Shown piece after piece: positions 51,693-61,270 of a DNA stretch of 64,000 nucleotides. The notes below the pieces were generated by a model that was not told the origin of the DNA, did no database searches, and saw nothing but the letters and a program-made list of their open reading frames with translations. This DNA is from Alphaproteobacteria bacterium (lineage in GTDB: Bacteria; Pseudomonadota; Alphaproteobacteria; UBA2966): NCBI GenBank assembly GCA_964291395.2, contig OZ219858.1, positions 960,001 to 1,024,000 on the forward strand, written 5' to 3'. Numbering within the stretch: the first letter of the stretch is position 1; each line of letters starts with the position of its first letter. The translations under genes were made by a program, and so were the position numbers.

Positions 51693-51877
51693 CTTCCGCC
51701 CCTCCGGTGGCAGTCCGTGATCTCGACATCCGCCGGTCCCTGATCTGTCCACACAAAGCGGATACGCCATTGATCGTTGATGCGTATCGAATGCTGGTCT
51801 GCCCGGTCGCGCTTGAGCTCCTCCAGGTGGTTTCCGGGTGGAAATCTCAAATCCTCAAGAACCACAGCGGCGTCCAT
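51689..51877 (-). pseudogene. higB: 5'-truncated HigB toxin with its stop codon lost
   Basis: LEDLRFPPGNHLEELK.DR..QHSIRINDQWRI.F.W...DVEITDCH(RRGGR); N-terminal third absent. Confidence 0.85.
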
Positions 51878-51881
51878 CGGA

Positions 51882-51936
51882 CGCGCTACGCGTCCATCAG
51901 TTCCAGGACGTGCGCCTCCGTCGAGCGGGCCAGCGC
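51882..51936 (-). repeat. 3' end of the HDAC-family gene (right island boundary repeat)
   Basis: Matches 38052-38107 at 47/56. Confidence 0.85.
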
Positions 51937-52815
51937 CCCGAGGTCGTAGCCTCCTTCGAGGGCGGAAACCATGCGCCCGTCGCAACACTCCTTCGCGACG
52001 GCGAGCAGTTCGCGGGTGATCCACCGGTAGTCGTCCTCGGTCAGCCGCAGCTGCGCCAGGGGGTCGTCGGCGTGCGCGTCGAAGCCCGCGGAAGTGAACA
52101 GGATGTCGGGATCGAATCGCCGCAGGCCGGGAAGGATCCTGTCCTCGTAGGCGGCCCGGAACTCGGCGGACCCCGACCCCGCCGCGAGCGGCGCGTTGAA
52201 GATGTTTCCCACGCCCGTCTCGTTTTCGGACCCGGTTCCCGGATAGAACGGTGCCTGGTGCGACGACGCGTAGAACAGATCCTCGTCGTTCTCGAACATG
52301 TGCTGCGTGCCGTTGCCGTGATGGACGTCGAAATCGACGACGGCTGCCCGCTGCAGCCCGTGTTCGGCGCGGCCGTGAAGGGCGCCGACGGCGACGTTGT
52401 TGAACAGGCAGAACCCCATGGAGCGTGCCCGTTCGGCATGGTGTCCCGGTGGACGCACGGCGCAGAACGCGTTCTCGGCGCCCTGCTCGGTCATGATCGC
52501 GTCGACGGCCGCCACGACGGCGCCGGCGCCGCGCCGCGCCGCCTCGCCGGAAGCCGGAGACACGACGGTATCCGGATCGAGATGCCGGTGTCCCGTCTTC
52601 GGGATCGCAGCCAGCACGGCATCGACGTACTCGGGTTCGTGAACCAGCGAGAGTTGCTCGCGGCTCGCCTCGGGTGCTTCACGGCGAACCAGGCCGTCGA
52701 AACTCTCGCCGGCCAGCACCGCCTGCACCGAGCGTAGGCGATCCGGGCTCTCGGGGTGACGGTCGCCCGTGTGGTGGTCGATGCAGACCCGATGGGTATA
52801 CAGGAGTGTTGCCAT
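51886..52815 (-). CDS. Histone deacetylase-family amidohydrolase
   Basis: HPESPDRL, RPPGHHA, GFCLFNN, DFDVHHGNGTQ, SAGFDAH, LEGGY. Confidence 0.95.
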   Translation of the reverse strand: MATLLYTHRVCIDHHTGDRHPESPDRLRSVQAVLAGESFDGLVRREAPEASREQLSLVHEPEYVDAVLAAIPKTGHRHLDPDTVVSPASGEAARRGAGAVVAAVDAIMTEQGAENAFCAVRPPGHHAERARSMGFCLFNNVAVGALHGRAEHGLQRAAVVDFDVHHGNGTQHMFENDEDLFYASSHQAPFYPGTGSENETGVGNIFNAPLAAGSGSAEFRAAYEDRILPGLRRFDPDILFTSAGFDAHADDPLAQLRLTEDDYRWITRELLAVAKECCDGRMVSALEGGYDLGALARSTEAHVLELMDA

Positions 52816-52991
52816 TGTCCGCCATCGAACTCCTCTGTTTGACTTCACGAACCGTCGAGCCGGCGGAACGCTGTCTATTTGAAGATTTTCGCGGTTAAAT
52901 GACGCCCTGACAATGGAGGGCCGGTGCGTCGCCGGAACGGTCCGCCGGATTCCGGCACTCCGGTCGCGAAGCATGACGGGCGTCGGGTGGA

Positions 52992-54092
52992 ATGCGGACC
53001 TCGACACAGATCATCGTCGTCGCCGTCCTGGCGGGGCTTGCCGCGGGGGCGTGGTACGCCCGGGATCGCCTGCCCTGGAGCGAAGCGCCTGCCCAGGGCG
53101 CTCAGGGAAAGGGAGGCGGTCAGCGTCCGACCCTGGTCGAGACCACGCCGGCGCGCCGGGGCGACGTGACCGTCATCATCGAGGCCGTGGGCACGGCACA
53201 TGCCGACGAAGCCGTGATCGTTACCTCGAAAGTCGCCGGACTCGTGTCCGCCGTCCGCTTCCGGGAGGGTGGACGGGTCGAGGCCGGCGACGTCCTGGTC
53301 GAGCTCGACTCCCGGGAAATGCAGGCGCTGCTGGAAGAGCAAAAGGCGGATCGGGATAACGCCGCCAGGCTGTACGAGCGGGCACGCAGGCTCTACGAGG
53401 GCCGGAACGTGCCGCGCGCCAGGGTCGACGACCTCTACGGCGAATTGCTGAGCGCCGAGGCTCGGGTCAAGGCCGAAGAGGCGCGCATCGAGGCATACTA
53501 CGTCCGGGCGCCGTTCGGCGGCCGGCTGGGCCTGCGTCGGGTGAGCGTCGGCGCGCTCGTCGGTCCCGGCACGGAGATCACCACGCTCGACGATACCTCC
53601 AGGATCAAGGCGGATTTCCGCGTTCCCGAAACGGCTCTGGCGCATATCGCCGCGGGTCAGGGCGTCACGGCCGTCAGCGCCGCCTATGCCGGCCGCACGT
53701 TCACCGGCACGGTCGCCACGGTCGATACTCGGGTGGATCCCGTGACCCGTTCCGTCGAGGTGAGAACCGTCTTCGAAAACCCGGACGAGCGCATTCGGCC
53801 CGGCATGTTTCTCACGGCCGAGTTCGTGGCCGTCGTCCGCAAGGACAGCGTCCTGATCCCCGAGCAGGCGGTCGTCGCCGGCGGGGACCGGCAGTACGTC
53901 TTCGTCGTCGTCGACGGGAAGGCGGCGCGACGGGACGTCACCACGGGCGAGCACGTCGACGGTGACATCGAGATCCTCGCGGGACTGTCGCCCGGCGACG
54001 TCGTGGTCACTGCCGGTGTCCAGAAGATCCGCGACGGCGCCCCCGTCGCGGTGGCGCCGCCGCCGGGCGGGGCCAGGCCCGGCATGAGCTGA
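52992..54092 (+). CDS. RND efflux periplasmic adaptor subunit
   Basis: N-terminal anchor; lipoyl-like motif, VRAPFGG, VDPVTRS, RPGMF. Confidence 0.94.
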   Translation: MRTSTQIIVVAVLAGLAAGAWYARDRLPWSEAPAQGAQGKGGGQRPTLVETTPARRGDVTVIIEAVGTAHADEAVIVTSKVAGLVSAVRFREGGRVEAGDVLVELDSREMQALLEEQKADRDNAARLYERARRLYEGRNVPRARVDDLYGELLSAEARVKAEEARIEAYYVRAPFGGRLGLRRVSVGALVGPGTEITTLDDTSRIKADFRVPETALAHIAAGQGVTAVSAAYAGRTFTGTVATVDTRVDPVTRSVEVRTVFENPDERIRPGMFLTAEFVAVVRKDSVLIPEQAVVAGGDRQYVFVVVDGKAARRDVTTGEHVDGDIEILAGLSPGDVVVTAGVQKIRDGAPVAVAPPPGGARPGMS

Positions 54093-54100
54093 GCGCGCCG

Positions 54101-57100
54101 ATGATCCTGTCCGACACGTCCATCAAGCGGCCGGTGTTCGCGACCGTGGTCAATCTCGCGCTGATGATCGGCGGACTGTTCGCCTTCGACCGCCTGACCG
54201 TGCGGGAAGTGCCGGACATCGACCGGCCGGTCGTTTCGGTCACGACGACCTACCGGGGCGCCTCGGCCAACATCATCGAATCCCAGGTGACTCAGGTCAT
54301 CGAGGATGCCGTGGCGGGGATCGAAGGAATCAATATCCTCACCTCGACGAGCCGCGAGGAGTCGTCCGCCGTCTCCATCGAGTTCGATATCGGCCGCGAC
54401 ATCGACGCCGCGGTGGGCGACGTGCGGGACCGGGTCGGCCGCGCCATCCGGAATTTGCCCGTCGAGGCGGACCCGCCGCGCATCGCCAAGAGCGATGCCG
54501 ATGCGCGGGCCATCATGTGGCTGACTCTGACCAGCGACCGCCTCGACCATCTCGAGCTCACCGATTATGCCGACCGTTACCTGACCGACCGGCTGTCGAT
54601 CGTGCCGGGCGTGGCCTCCGTGCGCATCGGCGGGCAACGGCGCTACGCCATGCGGCTGTGGTTGAACAAGCGCGCCATGGCGGCTCGGCGGATCACCGTC
54701 CAGGACGTGGAAGATGCGCTGCGCCGGCAGAACGTGGAGCGCCCGTCCGGGCGCATCGAGTCGTTTCAGCGCGAGATGGCGGTCAGAACCGACTCGGACC
54801 TGCGGACCGAGGAACAGTTTCGCGATGTCGTCGTCAGGGAACGCGAAGGCTACTTCGTGCGGCTGGGAGAGATCGCACGGGTCGAATTCGGCGCCGAGGA
54901 CGACCGGAGCGAACTGAGGATCAGCGGCGTGCCGGCCGTGGGACTGGGAATCATCAAGCAGTCGAAGGCCAACACGCTCGACGTCGCGAACGGGGTCAGC
55001 GACCAGGTGGATCTTCTGCAGGATGGATTGCCGGAAGGCGTCAACCTCGAGGTCGCCTACGACCAGTCGCGCTTCATCGGCCGCGCGATAGAGGAGGTCT
55101 TCATCGCCATCGGCATCGCCTTGTTCATGGTCATCGCCGTGAACTACGTCTTCCTGCGGTCCCTGCGGGCGACGGTCATCCCGGCGGTGGCGATCCCGGT
55201 GTCGGTGATCGCGTCGTTCATGGTGCTCGCCGCGCTCGGCTTCTCGATCAACATCCTCACTCTGCTGGCGCTCGTGCTCGCCATCGGTCTCGTCGTCGAC
55301 GACGCCATCGTCGTTCTCGAGAACATCCACCGCCGGGTGGAGGCCGGCGAGCCGCCGCTTCTGGCGGGCTTGCGCGGCGCCCGGCGGATCGCTTTCGCGG
55401 TCATCGCCACGACGGTGGTGCTGGTGGCCGTGTTCGTGCCGATCTCCTTCATGGAAGGGGAAACGGGACGGCTGTTTCGGGAATTCGGCATCGCGGTCGC
55501 CGCGGCCGTGATCTTCTCGAGCTTCGTCGCCCTCACCCTGACCCCGATGATGTGCACCAAGCTCCTCAGGAAACCCGGAGAGGAAGGACGGTTCTTCCGG
55601 TGGACGGAACGTGGCTTTCAAGGCCTTCACGGAGCCTACCGCTGGGCCCTCGTCCGGGCCCTGGACATGCCCGTCGTCGTGATCGCCCTGACCGTCGGCG
55701 TTTCCGCGATCGCCTTCGTCATGTTTCAGGCGGCGCCCAAGGAATTCGCGCCGGTCGAGGATCGGGGCGTGATCTTCATCCCCATTTCCGCGCCGGAAAG
55801 CGCCAACATCGAGTACACGCGCCGCTACGTCCGCACCATCGAGCAGCGTCTGCAGCCCGTCATCGATCGCGGCGACGCGAAAAATTTCCTCGCCATCGTG
55901 GCGCCGAGCTTCGGGCGCCCCGGCGCCGTCAACCGGGCCTTCGCCATCCTGCGTCTGAAGCCTTGGGATGAGCGCGACGTCAAGCAGCAGCAGGTCACCC
56001 GGGAGATCTTCCCGAGGCTTCTGAGCGTTCCGGGCGTCCGCGCCTTCGCCGTCAATCCGTCGAGCCTTGGAAGGCGGCGATTCGGCGCCCCGATCCAGAT
56101 GGTGCTTGGCGGCCAGGATTACGAGGAGCTTCTCGACTGGCGCAACCGGGTCATGGCGCGCGCCCGCGAGAACCCGCGCCTGCTCGGCGTGCAGTCCGAT
56201 TTCCAGGAAAACCGGCCGCAACTGCTCGTTGACATCCACCGGGACCGTGCCGCCGATCTCGGCGTTTCGGTCGACGACATCGGGCGGGCGCTCGAAACCA
56301 TGCTGGGAGCGAGGTTCGTCACCACGGTCGAGGTCGGGGGCAAGCTCTACAACGTCGTGGTTCAGGCGCGCGCGGAGGACCGTACCCGTCCCGGCGACCT
56401 GAGCGGCATCTACGTGCGGTCGAGGACCGGCGAGGAACTGATCCCGTTGTCCAACCTGGTGTCTCTGCGCGAGACGGCCGGAGCCCGGGAGCTGAAGCGT
56501 GTCGACCGCATGCGCGCGATCACGGTCACGGCGTCGCTCGCGCCGGGTTACACGATGGGAGAGGCGATCGCTTATCTCGAACGGGTCGGCGTCGAAGAGC
56601 TGCCCGTGACCGCGCGGGTCAGTTGGGACGGCGCCTCGCGAGAGTTCAACGAGTCGTCCAGCTCGCTGTACGTGACGTTCGGACTCGCGTTGCTGATCGT
56701 GTTTCTGGTCCTGGCCGCCCAGTTCGAGAGCTTCATCCACCCGCTCGTCATCATGCTGACGGTGCCCCTCGCGGTCACCGGTGCCCTGGGATCCATCCTC
56801 TTGCTGGGACTCTCCCTGAACATCTACAGCCAGATCGGCATGGTCATGCTCATCGGGCTGACGGCCAAGAACGGCATCTTGATCGTTGAGTTCGCCAATC
56901 AGATGCGGGACGAGGGCCGTGAACTTCGGGAAGCCATCCGCGAGGCTTCCATCGTCCGGTTGCGGCCCATTCTGATGACCAGTATCGCGACGGCGTTCAG
57001 CGCCGTTCCGCTGGCCACGGGCAGCGGCGCGGGGGCGGAAGCGAGACGGGCCCTCGGCACGGTGATCATCGGTGGCGTAAGCTTCTCGACCTTGCTGAGC

Positions 57101-57226
57101 CTCTTCGTCATCCCCGTGCTTTATCTGCTGCTCGCCCGCTACACGCGGCCCGCGGGTTACATCGCGCGCCGGCTGTCGTCGCTCGAAAGCGCGCACCGCA
57201 ACGAGGGCGTCCGGGCGGCGGAATGA
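54101..57226 (+). CDS. RND efflux permease (AcrB family)
   Basis: SIKRPVFA, GLVVDDAIVVLEN, LAAQFES, AKNGILIVEFA, RLRPILMT. Confidence 0.97.
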   Translation: MILSDTSIKRPVFATVVNLALMIGGLFAFDRLTVREVPDIDRPVVSVTTTYRGASANIIESQVTQVIEDAVAGIEGINILTSTSREESSAVSIEFDIGRDIDAAVGDVRDRVGRAIRNLPVEADPPRIAKSDADARAIMWLTLTSDRLDHLELTDYADRYLTDRLSIVPGVASVRIGGQRRYAMRLWLNKRAMAARRITVQDVEDALRRQNVERPSGRIESFQREMAVRTDSDLRTEEQFRDVVVREREGYFVRLGEIARVEFGAEDDRSELRISGVPAVGLGIIKQSKANTLDVANGVSDQVDLLQDGLPEGVNLEVAYDQSRFIGRAIEEVFIAIGIALFMVIAVNYVFLRSLRATVIPAVAIPVSVIASFMVLAALGFSINILTLLALVLAIGLVVDDAIVVLENIHRRVEAGEPPLLAGLRGARRIAFAVIATTVVLVAVFVPISFMEGETGRLFREFGIAVAAAVIFSSFVALTLTPMMCTKLLRKPGEEGRFFRWTERGFQGLHGAYRWALVRALDMPVVVIALTVGVSAIAFVMFQAAPKEFAPVEDRGVIFIPISAPESANIEYTRRYVRTIEQRLQPVIDRGDAKNFLAIVAPSFGRPGAVNRAFAILRLKPWDERDVKQQQVTREIFPRLLSVPGVRAFAVNPSSLGRRRFGAPIQMVLGGQDYEELLDWRNRVMARARENPRLLGVQSDFQENRPQLLVDIHRDRAADLGVSVDDIGRALETMLGARFVTTVEVGGKLYNVVVQARAEDRTRPGDLSGIYVRSRTGEELIPLSNLVSLRETAGARELKRVDRMRAITVTASLAPGYTMGEAIAYLERVGVEELPVTARVSWDGASREFNESSSSLYVTFGLALLIVFLVLAAQFESFIHPLVIMLTVPLAVTGALGSILLLGLSLNIYSQIGMVMLIGLTAKNGILIVEFANQMRDEGRELREAIREASIVRLRPILMTSIATAFSAVPLATGSGAGAEARRALGTVIIGGVSFSTLLSLFVIPVLYLLLARYTRPAGYIARRLSSLESAHRNEGVRAAE

Positions 57227-57413
57227 CCCGGGGCTCGTGTCAGGCGGCCGGTGTCTCGGTCGGGTACGGCCATGGTCGTCAATAGTTGATCTCTTTCTTC
57301 GTCACTCATGAGAAGTTTCCTTTCTCGTGGGTTGAGAGCCCCCGCGCCGCGCCACCGGCCGGGGATTTTCTAAGGCCTTTCGCTATAGCGCACATACATG
57401 CGCTTAGCTCTGT

Positions 57414-58188
57414 TTAAGGTCTTTCCGAGAATGGAACCTCGTACCAGCGCACCTGCCCGACCAGGAGAAGGGCGTACACCCACGCCTTCCGGGCATAGCT
57501 CCTCACGCGCAGATGACGGGGGATGCGGTTGCGGAATTTCCCGGCTCTTTTCCGCTCAGCCTCAATATCCGAGCCTTCGTGGTCGTGGATGGCCATCGCC
57601 GGAAGGACCTGAAGCGGGCGAAGTATTCTGGCGGTCTCCGACAGCCGAAGATCGAACAGGACGTGGTCGATCGGCAGGGTCAGGGGCCAATTCTCCTCCC
57701 GTATCCACATGGCGGCGTACCGATCCACCAGATACGCCCCGGCCCCGATCTGCCGCCACATCACCCGATGAAGGGAACGGCCCGTCGGGGTCCGGCCGCA
57801 GGCCCGTCCCATGATGCGCTTGCCCCTTTTTTCTCGAGGAATGTCGAGCTTGAAGAGATGGACCTGCCGGACTGCCTACCGTGCGGTGGCTCGGCCACCA
57901 ATCCGTGCCCGCCAGCAGGTCCACGACGTCGGAAGACAACGTCACGTCGTCTTCCAGGATCAGCGCGGCCTTGTGGTCGCTGGCGAGGAAGATGCGCAGG
58001 GCCTCGAAGTGGCTCCTCGCGCATGCCGCCTCGCCCTTGGTCAAGGGGCCGTTGTATTGGATGCACTGCGCATCGTCGGCGGGGACGCGCTCGAAGCTGA
58101 GGCCGAGCTGGTGGAGATCGCGGGTGATCGTCACCAGCCGGTCCGGCCGGCGGTCCAGATTGATGACGTAGATCGGGAGTTGCTTCAT
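57414..58188 (-). pseudogene. Frameshifted glycosyltransferase family 25
   Basis: IYVINLDRRPDR, GEAACARSH, LILEDD in one frame; GAGAYLV and PIDHVLFD in another; shift near 57870-57891. Confidence 0.85.
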
Positions 58189-58940
58189 CAAGATCGCCAG
58201 TAGGAGTGAATCCACGGAACAGGGCGCACGTGCTTGTACAAACGCTTGTGCCAGGGCGCGGGCCACTGACCCATGCGTGCCTCACGCGGCCGCGGATGGC
58301 CGTGGAACACCACTATGTGCGCACCCGCCGGAATGCTGGCGGGCCGCACGAAGTTGAGCGGCCATCTCGGCAAGCAATGCTTCTTGAAGCTTACGCACCA
58401 GCCCTTCGGCCAGTACGTCATGCGCTCCGGTCCCAAAGCGTGCGACAGGAAGGTTTGCGAGTTCCCGTAGAGGTCCACCCAATGCCGGGTTGGCTGGGTG
58501 TTGTAGAGATCGAGCACGACGCCAAGCGTTCCTATCTCGAAACGGAAAACGCTCGAATTGCCGGTGATTCGCCTGGGGTGCGTCCAGTTGTGGATGATGC
58601 AGAATTCGCCGGGGTACTCGAAGAACGGATCGAGTGGGCCGACGATCACGACATCCAGGTCCAGGTAGAGTGCCGTTCCCGAGAGACCGGCAAGCTCCCG
58701 TTGGTAGAGGGCGAGTTTCCGCCACGGGAGATCGCTCCACGGATGATCGACGGCGAGCTCTGGGATCGGCACGCACTCGACTTCGCCCCGAATCCCGCTC
58801 GCGTCGTCGGTCAGGCAGACGAAACGAAACGGACGCGACAGCTTCCTGGAGACCGCACGATAGAGCCGGTTGACGTATTCAGGGCCGTACAGCGTCCCCC
58901 ACTTCATGCAAAGCACGTTGACCGGATTTTCGTCGGACAT
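58188..58940 (-). CDS. GT-A fold glycosyltransferase
   Basis: CMKWGTLYGPEYVNRL, FVCLTD, WRKL, YLDLDVVI, GNSSVFRF, VFHGHPRP. Confidence 0.85.
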   Translation of the reverse strand: MSDENPVNVLCMKWGTLYGPEYVNRLYRAVSRKLSRPFRFVCLTDDASGIRGEVECVPIPELAVDHPWSDLPWRKLALYQRELAGLSGTALYLDLDVVIVGPLDPFFEYPGEFCIIHNWTHPRRITGNSSVFRFEIGTLGVVLDLYNTQPTRHWVDLYGNSQTFLSHALGPERMTYWPKGWCVSFKKHCLPRWPLNFVRPASIPAGAHIVVFHGHPRPREARMGQWPAPWHKRLYKHVRPVPWIHSYWRS

Positions 58941-59143
58941 GGCCCAGACCTGCTGGCGTTCCGGCGCCGGCGGGTGCCGGGCCGTTGCAAACCAACATGG
59001 ATGTCATGAGGTCCCGCTTATTCGCCAAGCGCGGGGAGCTACCCCGCACCGGGTCTGAGGGCTGTTATATTCAGCGGGCGACCCGGCCAAGGCCGAGTCC
59101 ATGTCGGTTTGCAAGGGGAAGTGTAGCAGGCAGGCGGGATCAG

Positions 59144-59167
59144 TTTGTCAAAAAAATTTTTGACAAA
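59144..59167. promoter_or_regulatory. Perfect 11-bp inverted repeat containing TTGACA on both strands
   Basis: TTTGTCAAAAA-AA-TTTTTGACAAA. Confidence 0.6.
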
Positions 59168-59229
59168 TGACGTGCGGTCCATAGGTCGGAGATCGCCGCT
59201 CAGGCCGCAAAGGCGCGGTGGGAGGAGTG

Positions 59230-59505
59230 ATCTGTCTGACACCATCACTCTTGCTGGGGTCGGCATTGCCTGTCTGGAGAATGCTGTCCTTGAAGCTCTT
59301 GGATCGTCCGGTCGTGCTCAACCGTACAGACTGGCCGAGCGTCTCGATCTGTATCCAAAGGATCGGGTGCACGACAGCCCTGCAGGAAGCTTGGTCGTTA
59401 AGGCAATCCTGGAGGCATGTGCGTGAGGGCCGGGTGCAGAGGGTCTCTTACCCCGATGGTGCTTGGGAGTTGACGGAAAGAGAGCGCGGACTAAGGGGTT
59501 TGTGA
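59230..59505 (+). pseudogene. Frameshifted small winged-helix-like protein remnant
   Basis: LENAVLEALG...YRLAERLDL...VVKAILEA in one frame continues as VREGRVQRV...GAWELTERE in another. Confidence 0.35.
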
Positions 59506-59518
59506 CTTACGACTGATT

Positions 59519-61222
59519 TCAAGCTGAGTCACTGCCCTCGGTCGGGGAGGTTTGTAGCTTCGCCTCCTCCTCGGCCACGAGCTCCTTCTTGGACAGCTTG
59601 CCGATCATGGTCTTGGGCAAGGTATCCCGGAACTCGATGTGCTTGGGCACCTCGTGCCGGCCGAGCCTGTCCTGAAGGAATGCCCTCAGTTCCTCTTCCC
59701 CGAGCGCCTGGCCTTCCCTCAGCTTGACGAACGCCTTCACGCTCTGGCCCTGGTATTCATCCGCTACGCCGATCACCGTCACTTCCTCGACCGCGGGATG
59801 CTGGTAGATCCCGTCCTCGACGTGACGCGGATAGACGTTGAAGCCGCTGACCAGGATGAGGTCCTTGATGCGGTCGATGATGAACGTGTAGCCGTCTTCG
59901 TCCGTGTAGCCCACGTCACCCGTGCGCAGCCGGCCGTCGGCGATGACGTCCCGCGTCGCCGCCTCGTTCCGCCAGTAGCCGGCCATGACCTGGGGACCCG
60001 AGACGCAGATCTCGCCGGTCTCGCCTTGGGGCAGCACCTTGCCGGGATCGTCGCGATCGACGATCTCGATCACGGTTCCGGGCATGGGCAGGCCGATCGA
60101 TCCCGCTTTGGCGTCGTCCGAGAACGGATTGCACGTGGCGACCGGGGAACATTCGGTCAGTCCGTAGCCCTCCACCAGCTTGCATCCGGACAGCTCCTCG
60201 AACCGCTGCTTGACCTCGACCGGGAGCGGCGCGCCGCCGGAGATGCAGGCCTTGATGGACTTGAGGTCGAAGTCCTGCAGCTTGGGGTGGTTGTTGATGG
60301 CGCCGAACATGGTCGGCACGCCGTCGAACACGGTAGGCCTCTTCTTGTTGACGTCCTTGAGCACCGCGTCGAGCTCGAACCGCGGGTGCATGATGATGAC
60401 GGCGCCGAGATGGATGCTCATGTTCATCACGGCGGTCATGGCGAACACGTGGAAGAACGGCAGCACGCCCATGATGCGTTCGGCGCCCGGTTCCAGGGCG
60501 GGGAACCAGACTCCGCACTGCATGGTGTTGATGAAGATATTCGCGTGCGTCAGCATGGCGCCCTTCGGTACGCCCGTCGTGCCGCCCGTGTACTGAAGCA
60601 CCGCGACGTCGTTCTCGGGATCGATCGTGGCGGGTTCGTGTCCGCCTTCGTTGTTGATCAGTTCCTCGAACGGGACGTGGCTCGCGTCGTTGGGCGCCCG
60701 AACGACGTCGCGACGCTTCACCAGCGGAAAAAGCCAGTTCTTGGGGAAGGGCAGCACCTCGCTCATGGTGCCGACGACCAGGAGCCTCAGGCGGCTCTGC
60801 TCCAGCATGGCCTGTGCCTTCGGATAGAGCGCCGTGAGATTGAGCGTCACCATGATGTCGGTCTGGGAATCCTCGATCTGTTGCAGCAGTTCCGGCTCGG
60901 AGTAGAGCGGGCTGTAGTTCACCACGGTGCCGCCCGCCTTGAGGATGGCGTAGTAGCAGATCACGAATTGCGGACAGTTCGGCAGGAACAGTCCGACCTT
61001 CGTTCCCTTCTCGACGCCCAGACCTTGGAATCCGGATGCCGCCCGGTCGACCAGCATGTCGAGTTCGCCGTAGGTATAGACCCGGCCCAGGAAATCGATG
61101 CAGGGCCGCTGCGGGAACCGGGCGACCGCGTCGTCCAGCAGCTTGAAGAGCGGCTTGGCGGGGATCGGCATGTTCCAATCCACACCCTCGGGATAGCTCT
61201 TGAGCCAACTGTGGTCTGTCAT
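59519..61222 (-). CDS. fadD: Long-chain fatty acid-CoA ligase (FadD/PimA-like)
   Basis: QYTGGTTGVPKGAMLTH, EGYGLTE, RTGD, DRIKDLI, LPKTMIGK. Confidence 0.93.
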   Translation of the reverse strand: MTDHSWLKSYPEGVDWNMPIPAKPLFKLLDDAVARFPQRPCIDFLGRVYTYGELDMLVDRAASGFQGLGVEKGTKVGLFLPNCPQFVICYYAILKAGGTVVNYSPLYSEPELLQQIEDSQTDIMVTLNLTALYPKAQAMLEQSRLRLLVVGTMSEVLPFPKNWLFPLVKRRDVVRAPNDASHVPFEELINNEGGHEPATIDPENDVAVLQYTGGTTGVPKGAMLTHANIFINTMQCGVWFPALEPGAERIMGVLPFFHVFAMTAVMNMSIHLGAVIIMHPRFELDAVLKDVNKKRPTVFDGVPTMFGAINNHPKLQDFDLKSIKACISGGAPLPVEVKQRFEELSGCKLVEGYGLTECSPVATCNPFSDDAKAGSIGLPMPGTVIEIVDRDDPGKVLPQGETGEICVSGPQVMAGYWRNEAATRDVIADGRLRTGDVGYTDEDGYTFIIDRIKDLILVSGFNVYPRHVEDGIYQHPAVEEVTVIGVADEYQGQSVKAFVKLREGQALGEEELRAFLQDRLGRHEVPKHIEFRDTLPKTMIGKLSKKELVAEEEAKLQTSPTEGSDSA

Positions 61223-61270
61223 GACGAATTCCCTCCGGAGTGGCGGTCAGGATACGGGCATGGCGGTCGG

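Larger units (their letters stand above)
38052..51936. mobile_element. ~13.9-kb genomic island between the HDAC-family gene and xseB; no integrase
   Basis: Bounded by a gene-end direct repeat; separates two genes normally adjacent in Alphaproteobacteria; carries two TA-type modules and catabolic/transport cargo. Confidence 0.75.

Noticed and set aside
53684-57196. 1170-aa minus-strand ORF and similar long antisense ORFs (e.g. 20948-22927, 34792-36954, 59639-61675)
   Set aside because: Shadow frames of well-supported genes in high-GC DNA; no recognisable motifs
57240-57309. Small minus-strand ORF start MSDEERDQLLTTMA with an RBS
   Set aside because: Runs antisense into the RND gene and has no identifiable family; at most a remnant
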